A DNA stretch of 61,359 nt, counting the filler, from Circinaria calcarea (taxonomy: Eukaryota), in NCBI GenBank assembly GCA_051942165.1. It is 15 parts of 15 records of this genome, joined end to end, with 100 filler letters (N's around TTAATTAATTAA, not from the genome) between each part and the next. Parts side by side here need not be neighbours in the genome. Positions count along the whole stretch, not along the records: positions 1 to 4,010 come from JAVECS010002505.1; positions 4,111 to 8,119 come from JAVECS010002506.1; positions 8,220 to 12,228 come from JAVECS010002507.1; 12 more parts are not named here. One strand, 5' to 3'. This document shows, in pieces, positions 1 to 10,143 of the stretch (positions within the stretch are counted from its first letter, which is position 1; the number at the start of each line of letters is the position of its first letter). The notes under the pieces are model-generated. The model was not told the origin of the DNA. It did not search any database and worked only from the letters and a program-made list of their open reading frames with translations. The translations under genes and the position numbers were made by a program.

Positions 1-837
1 CTCCACCTCGACACTGCCCACCGGAATGAAGCGCTGACTCAATTCGAATCTGCCCTCCGGATTCGAGAATCTATCTTGGGGCCGGACGATGCATTTGTTA
101 CCTCCAGCTTAAACAATCTCGGTCTCGCATATACAGAGCTCAACAAGCTGACCCAAGCATATACCTACCATCAAAAAGCCATGGATATCCGCCTTCGAAC
201 GAGTAGCGATCACATTAGGAATTCATATAGCAACATAGCCAGTACTCTCCGAATGAGCAAAGCAGATGATGCCGAAGAAATGCTCGCTCGGTGTCCTTCA
301 CTCAAGAATTTCAACGACGAGACTTTTCTCCGTTCTGGTAACCCACGGTTTTCTGGGTAAGCTCAGCGATTCAATGGATCTGTTGTACTTTGGATCTGCT
401 CGGCAATCACTGACATTCGCATCAGCGACATGATTCTCCTTAGCCGGATCCGACAATGTCAAGGCCGCCTGAACGACGCCATCCGCCTCAGTTCCAAAGC
501 CCTAACCCTCCCTCAAAGCATGTTAGGCAACCGTCTGAAAACTTGCGACTCCCTCTATTTAGTTGCCGAGATGCTGCGGCAAGGCGAGAATATTGCCTCT
601 GCGATAAGTCTAATGCAAGAATGCATCTCGATTTCCGAGACTCTACCAGAGGGCAAGGGGTATCTAGCTCGAGCTCACTACAAGATTAGCTTATTATATA
701 CCGAGGATAGTAACGAGCCACAGATGCAGGTACACCAAGAAATTGCCCGAAGTCTCAAGCAGGAGATATTGGGAGAAGCGCTGGGGGAGGGTACGACTGA
801 CGCTTATGAAGGGCTGGTGGTTTGGATGCTTTGGTGA
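1..837 (+). CDS. TPR-repeat protein, C-terminal part (5' truncated); probably the sensor end of an NB-ARC/NACHT-TPR NLR-like protein
   Basis: Frame 1 is open from base 1 (LHLDTAHRNEALTQFESALRIRESILGPDDAFVTSSLNNLGLAYTELNKLTQAYTYHQKAMDIR), matching kinesin-light-chain-type TPR consensus. Intron 357-425 (GTAAGC..CTGAC..CAG) joins FSG to DMILLSRIR; stop at 837. Confidence 0.75.
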
Positions 838-1259
838 CGAATCATAACCGGTTTACTTTTATTTGCTCCAGTGGGTCCTAATGGAAGCTCGCTTGCTCTC
901 TATTTCCGGTTGAGCCATTTTTCACCAGCTGATTCGTTGGCCTAATTGACTGTCTATGTAAGGAAATAGAGCGCGGCGAAATAGTAGATAGGTTATAAAC
1001 TGAATAGTAGATAGTAGGAAGCCTTTTTTTCAAGACCCTTGTTTGTGGATCATCTAATTTGATATGTGGCATCATTGAAGTTTGAAATCCTATAGTCCTG
1101 GGAGTTACCAGATTGCCTTTTTGGCAACATATCATCGAAAACCTTAAATCTAGAGTCGTTGCATGATTGGCATAGTAGACACATGGTTCGCAAGTCAGGA
1201 TTGTATATACATATGCTCTCATTGCGATATCGATATCGATCCTCTCATAAATCTACGTG

Positions 1260-3831
1260 ATGACGGCTAACGATGATGAAATCCTGACTCCTAGACATCC
1301 GCCTGTTGGAAGGCTTTCTATCCGCAAAGCCTTTGATTCACTTAGCTCGACGCAGAAGCTCTATGCTCATCATACAGCCAGGTAGGAGAGAACTTTATTT
1401 ATAGATAATCACAGTGGTGGATTAAGATTCTCATGACTTGAAGCCTACTAAAGTATTAAGTTATCCAGAGCAGCATGGCATGGAGCACGTGTAATCCTAC
1501 GGCAGGTATCGCCGGAGTCTACACATATCTTTGACCTCCTTCTCGAGCTATACCGAACGTGTAACGGGCAGTGGGAAGACTTCGCCGACCAGGTCTCTAT
1601 CCCAAAGAGTAGTATAGAGGAGTTTCTCGAATATGCAGCGGTCTTTCTGGGCAACATTGGGAATTACTACGTAAGTTGACAAAGCTCAGCATAAAGGCCC
1701 CCGGTATTCAGCTCCTCTAGGGACGAGGAGATCAAAAGTTCATCCCTCGTCTCCCCAAAGAAGACCTACGAAGAATATGTACGCGCTCCACGAAAGCCAC
1801 AGAGCTGTATAATGCTGTTTCTGAGCCAATGTACGCAAGGCGCCCCAGCAGCCTGGGATTCCCGAGCAAGGTGGCGCAAAGCTCGTACTATCCAGGAGAC
1901 CTTTGTCTGACTCGTCAAGAGATTGACCAGGTATCGAAAGAGCTGGAAGTAGCATCAATTTACCCGGAAAACACCAGGATTACCAAAGTCAATGCGAACG
2001 GTAAGACTATCTACAATGTGCTTCAAGCTTCAGTAGAGAAAAACGATGGACATTCGCAAAAGATCTCTTCTCAGGATTCCTCGATAAGCCTCTATCTCCT
2101 CCGAGGAGATCACTCTGAAGAACTAAGTCGAGTGTGCAGTAGCCTTGAGAAGGCAAAGCAATACGCTGCGAACGGATTACAGAGAGATATCATCGAGCAG
2201 TACCTCCTCAGCTTCCGCTCCGGGGACATGGAGATATTCCGAGAATCGCAGAAATTGTGGGTCAAAGATATCAAACCCTCGGTGGAAACCCAGTTTGGTT
2301 TTGTCGAGCCATACCGCGATCCTTACGGGATCCGGGCAGAGTTTGAAGGATTAGTAGCGTTTGTGGATGAGGAAGAGACAAAGATGTTGACCAGACTGGT
2401 AGACGAGTCTGCAAAGTATATACGGTTGTTGCCATGGGTCAGTTCCGCTTGGAAGAGTGATGACAAAGGCCCATTCGAGAAAGAACCTTTTGAGCCTCCA
2501 GACTTTACTAGCCTACAAGGTGAGCAATGGGCCTCGATAGAGATCATCTGAAACTCATAAAGTTATCCCAATATAGCACTCGCCTATTGCTCAAGCATCA
2601 TCTTTCCTGGGATCAATCTTCCAAATGTACCAGCTAGGCTCTTCCCTTGAACCCCCTTCCCACACCTCTTCTAAGTCGAATCACAGTTCAACGACATCCG
2701 TCAGGATGTAGGGTTTAAAAATTTCATGATCTCCAATCAGATCGCAGCCGAATACGACTCCACCCGAGCGGCCCCAGCCTTTATCGATCCGTCAGATGTA
2801 GAGGTATACATGGCGTCAGAATACGAAGCCTACTACATCTGGGTCGTTTTGCATGAGCTCCTCGGTCACGGAACCGGGAAGCTTCTAACACAGTACGGGC
2901 CCGACTCTTTTAACTTTGACATCACCAACCCTCCGCTTAGCCCACTGACGGGAAAACCGATTAAGTCATGGTATAAGCCCGGGCAAAGCTGGACCGGTGT
3001 CTTTGGGGATCTCGCTACGAGCATTGACGAGTGTCGTGCAGAATGTGTAGGAGCTTACCTAATGGATAATGAGGAACTCCTTGAGCTGTGTGGATTCGAT
3101 CGTGACAAGATGTCAGCTGCGGACAGTACGGACCCGGTGCATATGGTCTGACCGATGATGAAAACCTGACGGGCAATCAGTCACATACAATGTCTACCTG
3201 CAGCTTGGTCTTGGAGGCCTCCGCGCCCTTGAAAACTACATTGAAGATGATCAAGTAAGACGTCATTTACATTACTCGATCCCCTCACTCCTGTTACCAT
3301 ACCATACCAAATCATTACAAACACTGACTGACAACTGTCTAGACTTGGGGCCAAGCCCACAGCCGCGTTCGTTCCATCCTCGCACTACCCATCTCCATCT
3401 CCATTACTATCACTAACAATCCTCCCCTTCTTCCTCCACAGGCCCACTTCGCCATTTTCCGTACCCTCCTCTCCGCCCCGGACTCATTCCTCACCATCCA
3501 CCATTCCCCCCTCTCCCAAACCCTCACCCTCCGCATCGACCGCTCCAAGCTCCTCACCCACGGCAAACCCGCCCTCGCCGCCTTGCTCCTCCGTCTGCAC
3601 ATTTACCGATGCACGGCCGATGTGGCGGCCTGCCGACGCTACTTTGAAGACCTGACGAGCGTCCAGGGCGTGTTTGCCGAGTGGAGGCGGATTGTACTGC
3701 GGGAGAAGCGGACGAGGAAGGTGCTGGTGCAGGCGAATACGGTACTGGAAGCGGATGGAAGTGTGGCGTTGAGGGAATACGAGGCGAGTAAGGAGGGAAT
3801 GGTGAGGAGTTGGGCAGAGAGGGGGGTTTGA
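1260..3831 (+). CDS. DPP3: Dipeptidyl peptidase III (M49 zinc metallopeptidase), about 8 exons
   Basis: HELLGH zinc motif, GFVEPYRDPYGIRAEFEG, GINLPN-FNDIRQDVGFKN, DECRAE and WGQAHSR-AHF. ATG at 1260; GT-AG introns starting near 1382, 1671, 2520, 2627, 3127, 3254 and 3367 keep the frame. Confidence 0.93.
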
Positions 3832-4010
3832 TCGTATCATGCTGAAAGGTCATATCCTTTCCTCCTTAACACCAGACCTCCTCCCAACTCAAAAACCTCA
3901 CGCAAGTAGAAATAGATTAATTCCGGACACGAACTATATTGTTTATACAGTCTTGTCTAGAACCGTCAGAGCCCTCCATTCCCATTCCCCCATTCTTCCT
4001 TCCCCTAGTT

Positions 4011-4110
4011 NNNNNNNNNNNNNNNNNNNNNNNNNNNNNNNNNNNNNNNNNNNNTTAATTAATTAANNNNNNNNNNNNNNNNNNNNNNNNNNNNNNNNNN
4101 NNNNNNNNNN
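4011..4110. other. Artificial contig-joining spacer (44 N + TTAATTAATTAA + 44 N); first of 14
   Basis: Identical 100-nt spacers at 4011-4110, 8120-8219, 12229-12328, 16335-16434, 20439-20538, 24542-24641, 28642-28741, 32737-32836, 36831-36930, 40925-41024, 45018-45117, 49109-49208, 53196-53295 and 57280-57379. TTAATTAATTAA gives stops in all six frames. Confidence 0.99.
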
Positions 4111-4449
4111 CCCCCAAACATCCAGTGAAATCTATTGTGCCGCCACCTATGCATCGTGGGATGCGCTTGGCAGGATTGGGCTAAAGGCGTTCATATACGC
4201 GCTTGGCAATCGTGCGGCCCCTTCGCAAGTCAACTCAAACTCCTTTCGACGTTCTCGAATCCTCAATTCTGTATTCAGGACTTTCAACATCACTGCTGTA
4301 TTCTTGTGGCCTCTCCTTCGCCGCTAATTTTAGTCCGTTCTTCCACGACATTCTAAAATGCCAAGGCTACAATACCGTGAGCTCCCAGAGCTTACGAACT
4401 GCCAAACGATGATCGAGCCACGACGAACTTCGTTTGCTGCTTCCCAGCA

Positions 4450-5451
4450 ATGGCCCCGAACCTTGCTGTGTCTCAGCATGCTATGATTCACGACATGCTT
4501 CTTGATGGTTCCCTCAAGTATGCCGAAATGGCGGCTGCTGCTCGCTGCAGCGAACGCGCCATCTATCGCATTGCGTCCAACATGAAATGCTTCGGGACCA
4601 CCAAAGCCCCTCACAACGGCGTAGGACGACCTCGACAAATGACTCGACTCATGCTAGATGCTCTTCGCGAACATTTGGTCGAAAAACCGGAGCTGTACCT
4701 CGAAGAAATGGTCGTCTTCTTGTACGATGACTTTAGCGTTCTCGTTGACCCTTCAACTGTCAGTAAAGCTCTGAAATCCATCAACTGGTCAAAGAAGAAG
4801 ATGCGCCAAATAGCTCGAGAACGCAATCCGGACCTTCGAGACTTCTATCTCCATGGAATATCATCCTTTCCATCCTGGCAGCTTGTCTATGTGGACGAGT
4901 CAGGATGCGACAAGCGAATTGGCTGTCGAAAAACGGGATGGTCTCCTCGTGGTGTAGCACTAGTGCATGTCACCGAGTATCACCGTGAGTCTAGATATCA
5001 GATACTGCCAGCTTACACCCAAGAAGGTATCCTGCTTTCCCGAGTATATCAAGGGAGCACGAATCGCGAGTTATATGAAGACTTCGTCGCGCAGCTTCTC
5101 CATCATTGCGGACGTTGGCCAGAGTCCAGATCTGTCATCATAATGGACAACGCATCATTTCACTATAGCGAACGGATCGACGAGATGTGCGCCGATGCCG
5201 GAGTGAAACTCGTCTACCTTCCTCCGTACTCCCCAGACCTAAATCCGATCGAAGAACTCTTCGCCGAACTAAAAGTATTCATCAAGAAGAACTGGAGGGG
5301 ATACGCAGACAACCCGGAACAAGAGTTTGAGGCATTCTTGGAGTGGTGTGTTAGTGTCGCTGGAGGGAGAAGACAGAGTGCAGAGGGACATTTCAGACAT
5401 GCAGGTCTCAATGTAGAATCATCTGAGGCAAGCAGTCGAGGAAAACCGTGA
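4450..5451 (+). mobile_element. Tc1/mariner-IS630 superfamily transposase (DD34E), intact 333-aa ORF
   Basis: N-terminal HTH region with GRPR linker; catalytic YVDESG, IIMDNASFH and YLPPYSPDLNPIEE; 34 residues between the second D and the E. TIRs not identifiable within the contig. Confidence 0.93.
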
Positions 5452-5897
5452 TGTAAAAATGTGTTGCGAATAGGAGTAATGGAGCTATATACATGTCGAA
5501 TCTACACCTCTTAGTTCCCAAGCGCAAGAGAGTGGTGGGCAATTTTGACAGAGATTGTCTGTTATTATTCACTGTGATATCGCCCATGACCTCGTGTGCC
5601 GCTATCGTGGTGTTGAATTACGGGCCGACCAGCAGCGTTTGCTATCTTTCGTCTGATTGGCTTATAAAGGGTCCTGAATTGGACCCTCCCTTTTCCCGCC
5701 AGAATAGTTTCCGAAAACCAATGACGTATTTATAGACAATCTGTGATTGGCGGTCGGTGTAGGTCACTTTTTGACCCTTCGCGCCGAGACTCTCTCACCT
5801 TCCCTTGCGTTCTCCACCGTGAGTGTAGATTCCAAAGTGACCGAATGCGACAGCAACGCACTCGTCACATCCGCTCATTATTGACTTTTGATTTGTT

Positions 5898-7256
5898 TTG
5901 AATGACCACAACGCACCCGCTGCTGGACAGAGGGATACATGCACTCCTTCTCAAGCGAACAACATCAAGACGCCAGGCGGCGCTTTCCCAGTACCCTCTT
6001 CGACGATGATGACCGGTGGCGCTCTTGCTCGTGAAGACGATCGCCCATATGGAACCCCAGACTACTGGAACTTTGTTGACGGACAATATGTAGATGCGGC
6101 AATGATAGACCCTTTGTCGACGCCAGCCAGTTTCGCACCAACTCCTGCTAGCCATTCCTGCCGGACACCTCCCACCCTTTCACAACCACAGTATCATCCA
6201 GACAAGCTGCGATTCCTTGAGTCGGACGAATGGGATCCGATGAACAACTATGAAGAAGTCGTGCCCACTTGTCTCCATTACAGAATCGTGTGGAAGGTCG
6301 TGGTGAACAACAAAAGGGTCTCCGAGGACACCGAGGAAGACGTTGTTTTAAATCCTTTCTCGTATTGGCACAGTGTCCTTTTGCCAAAGCTTGAGACGCT
6401 ACTGCGCAAGAAGCTGGCCCAGAACAGGGAGGTGAGATGCGACGACACGAATGTCAATGAATCGGTGTCGGCTTGTACCGAGAAGGACCTAGTCAAGCGA
6501 TTCGATGACTTGAATATCGATTGGCCAGTCATAGCGAAGACACTTATGGGATTGGGGGAGCTTTTCCGCTCCGGTAAGAAACTCACTGTCAACCTCTCTT
6601 TCAACTATATAGACACGAAACCCCCACCGGCTGGCTCCGCAAGGCGAGGGAACAAGAGAGGCGTGTCAGCCACCCAGACAATGCTCGCCAATCGAGATGC
6701 GCAGCTCGATGCAGAGGAAGAGGAAACTGGAAAAGCTCCGACGTGGCAAGGAGTATACTCCATTTTCCGTTGCCCAGGATCACCATGCGACCGTGGTCCA
6801 CATTGCTGGATAGATCCTGTCGGCAAGAGGCATTATAAACAGAGGACAGATCATCTTAGGGCACTCGTTTCCTTCAAGGAGCAGGGTAACGCCTTGAACA
6901 GCCACGATGATGTTCCCCAGCATGTCCGTGATCAGTTGCATCTGGAAGAGCGCCAACGACTGGAGAGGCAACCCAAGTCTAACAATGTGTCGTCGCCTTT
7001 CCCGCCTATCAATATCACCAACGTCCTGCCCCACTCACATCAGTCCCCAATGAACACTTCCACTGAACCAACGCCAGCAGCTGACGTCCGCCCTTGCGGC
7101 AACATCTGCTTCACCGTCCCAGGCCTCAGAGACGACGCAGTGAGAGAGTACAGCGAGTGGCAGCAATCGAATGTTGGGGACGAGAGACTAAAGGCGGAGT
7201 TTCGGAAGGCTTATGAAGTAGCGTTGCGATATGGTTTGGATTTGGAACAAGTGTAT
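5898..7256 (+). CDS. Uncharacterised protein with Cys/His motif (CPGSPCDRGPHCW..HYK), transposon-adjacent; 3' end apparently replaced by an insertion
   Basis: Long open frame (first in-frame ATG 6006) with protein-like composition up to LDLEQVY near 7256. The remainder of the 540-aa ORF is antisense read-through of the Mutator relic. Confidence 0.7.
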
Positions 7257-7993
7257 GCAGTGGCCCAATATGCGCCTCCTGCTGGACCTGAATCTTCTTT
7301 CATATACCAACGGAATTGGGCTTCCTCTGGATCTTCTTTCATTGCCCAAATGGCTTCCGCTTCGCTGTCGTCGCTATCTCCATCGTCCTCGATGCTTGGA
7401 GTAGAATTACGCGGAGTAGGATTACGTAGTAAGGCATCTTCTTCCTTTTATCGTTTTTGTCGGATAAAAGCTTGTGTTTTTTTTGTAATTCTTTATCGAA
7501 TTGCAGCTTGTATCTTCTGAACTGATTCTTTCTTCTGTCTTTCTTGCAGAACAGTAGTATTAACAAATTCTCCAGGTATTCCACTTCCGTCCTCTCTCTG
7601 GCCACCACCTCTCTGGCCGCCGCCGCCTTCATTAGGCTCAGCATCATCAAACCCCTGCCATTCCTCCTCCTCCTCCTCCTCCAAGCCTTCCCATATGGCG
7701 TCGCTGTCGTCTGCACTTCCTGCGGAATTATTCTCTTCGTCGCTTGCCCGGTCATAATTCCTTCTATTATACTGATTGTTTTTATAATAGAAATACCGCC
7801 GTACCTTCTTATTCGCGTTTAACGCCCTTTTCCGAATGCGCTTTTTTCTTGGCCGTCCTTTAGGCTTAATCTATTTAAAAATTATATAAAAATCGTTTTT
7901 TTCTAAATCTTTAACCTAGATAAAAGATATAGATATTATATAAATCTTTTTATATATTTCTATTTTATAGAAATTATTAATATAATCTTCAGG
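7257..7993 (-). mobile_element. RIP-degraded Mutator (MULE) transposase C-terminal relic
   Basis: Minus strand reads PEDYINNFYKIEIYKKIY..*..*IKPKGRPRKKRIRK..RRYFYYKNNQYNRRNY, then acidic tracts. Restoring TAT to TGT/CAT gives the GRPRKKR..CxxCxxxxHxxxxC knuckle typical of MULE C-termini. Very AT/TpA-rich, with TAG/TAA stops. Confidence 0.7.
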
Positions 7994-8119
7994 TGTCAGG
8001 GACTGAAGTTGGGTTCCAATATTTATTATAATTTAAATGTGGGGATTTCATCCCCACACGCAACGGAAGCTAAATATATTATAGGTCACGTGATCTCGGT
8101 CTATCCCGGCCCGCGAAGC
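7994..8119. mobile_element. Possible LTR retrotransposon terminus inserted into the MULE relic
   Basis: MULE coding similarity stops abruptly at TGTCAGGG (TG start). The segment contains GGTCACGTGATC and a hairpin TGTGGGGA-tttca-TCCCCACA; the contig ends within it. Confidence 0.4.
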
Positions 8120-9192
8120 NNNNNNNNNNNNNNNNNNNNNNNNNNNNNNNNNNNNNNNNNNNNTTAATTAATTAANNNNNNNNNNNNNNNNNNNNNNNNN
8201 NNNNNNNNNNNNNNNNNNNGCATGGGAGGGGCTTGGGATGGTTTCGGGCTGGGGGGTTGGGAGGATGAGAGTAGCTGTCGCCAGCGCGGTTATCCCTTCC
8301 AGGTCCGGTGGCTCCTGGAAGTACTCGGGGGCGGCATGAGGCAGTATTCGCCGACCAAAGTGCATGGTTTTGCGACTGAGATCGGTTCGCCAGGTGCATT
8401 GATCGATGGTTGAGGAAAGTCGATGATTTGGGATTCTTCTTCACCCCGGACACGAAGTTGGGATATAGAAGGAGAGAGGTCTGGGACGGGCTTGCTTGCA
8501 AGGCGGGGGCAAGGAGACAACAGGGGAGGGCTTTTTCGCCCACTTTGGCGGTTTGGAGTCAAGAAAATCCGACAGGAGTTTAGTTTCCGCTTCTTGGTTT
8601 CCAGAAGACATTGGACGGAAAAAAAAACACACATTGTGGAATAAATAGACAACCATGTAGAGGGAGCAAGAGGGTTATAACAAATCCAATATATTAATGC
8701 TCTCCGCAGGGCTGAGACACGGGACTGGGTTTTTGGAGAGAAGGGAAGCCTATCTCGCCTCGGTAGATATACCTACGTTGAAGATAATTTTTACCAAGTT
8801 GCTTGCCTCTAGCATGGTGTCATTAGTTAGTTAGTGCCATATAAAATTGACGTCTGAGATCAGCCTCGATAAGCGCCGGGAGTACCCGTAGCTACGGCAG
8901 CTAATCCTAACCTAGCTAATCCGTTTTCCGTGAATTACCTTTTTGGCCTTCCCGTGAGATGATCGCATTTACTTGTTCTATTTATTTGGGATAAATCTTA
9001 ATAATGGATCTTAGGCTCGTTACATCAAAGGGATTAATTATATCGCGGAAGGTTGCCGCCATAGAAAATCGCTGCCCGAGAAGTGGTTTCATTAAACATA
9101 TCTTTCTTCTGTTTCTTTCTATAAGCATCACCAAAAAAGTCCAATTTCGAAATTATCCAATCACCAAACCCAAAAGTACCCGACACAAAGCC

Positions 9193-10143
9193 CTATAGGG
9201 TACATTCATTATCATACCAAACGTACGAACTTGACGCGTCAGCGTAGAATCCGGCACCCACAGCATTCACCCTGTAGAGATTGCATTCGCCATTATAGTA
9301 GTAGATGCCCTTGCATGGCGGGTTGTATATACAGGAGCTGTGACAATACGACGCCGAACTCGGGGTCCGGCTACCAATTCGGTTGTAGGTATCATTCGTC
9401 TTTCCACGTACGCCGCAGACGGGTCCGGTAGAAACAAGGGCGGCGCTTGTTGTGCTGGTGCTAGTAGAAGTGGTGCCGGTGGTGGTATCAGCGGTGGTGG
9501 TATCAGCGGTGATGGTATCAGCGATGGTGGTATCAGCGGTACTGATGCTGGTAGAAGGGGTTACAGTTATGATGACGGTTGTCGTGGTTTCAACCGTAAG
9601 AGTTGTTGTGGAACTGGGAACAGTTACTGTAGCAGAGGGTGAAGCGGGAGGTGTAATGATGCACGAGCAGGCAGAACTGACGCGGTAAGTACCGTAGAGG
9701 CTGAAGTTAACGGTGAAGGTGCTGCTAGTAGTGGCACGTTTGATGATGGGGAGGTCGCGTTTTGCCAGGGCTATGGTGGATGTGATGGATTCGGTACGGG
9801 TAACTGTTGCCGTTGCCGTAGAGAGTCCGGTGCTAGAGGGAAGTCTCAGTGCTGGGGCTCATAATGGAGTTGGTGAGCCATACGTAACAGTAGGATTCGC
9901 CGAAGCGATGTAGGTGCTGCAGAAGGAACTTGCTGGTGAGCTGTGGCGCGGGTCGATGAAAGAGCGGTAGAGGTTGTCTTGGTGGCAGGTGGTGGCCACT
10001 GAGCACGCGTTAGATGTGTGATATATCTCTAAATGTGAAAACGATCAGATGTGGAAGGCTTCTTTACCACGCGGTTGAAGTTGCACAACCCCACCCATAG
10101 AGTGGCCGGTTAAGGCAGCAATTACTAGTATACCGAGATACAT
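9193..10143 (-). CDS. Secreted Ser/Thr-rich protein (276 aa) with N-terminal Cys module and C-terminal PAN/apple-like domain; absent from the ORF track
   Basis: Exons 10143-10068, 9998-9884 and 9832-9193 (GTAAAG/GTATGG donors, CTAAC branch, YAG acceptors). Signal peptide MYLGILVIAALTGHSMG; CHQDNLYR..FC..SSACSC; Thr stalk; CGVRG..CHSSC.....C..ECNLY..WYDNEC*. Confidence 0.85.
9481..9540 (-). repeat. 15-bp coding minisatellite x4 (TADTT)
   Basis: ACCGCTGATACCACC and variants in tandem on the minus strand. Confidence 0.9.

Noticed and set aside
5898..7520. ORF2 as a Fanzor/TnpB RNA-guided nuclease, and as a full 540-aa protein
   Set aside because: No RuvC D/E/D motifs or paired CxxC finger are visible, and the last ~88 codons are antisense MULE sequence.
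9231..9913. Plus-strand Val- or Gly-rich ORFs (9231-9431, 9340-9642, 9452-9688, 9713-9913)
   Set aside because: Antisense shadows of the Thr-rich minus-strand gene.
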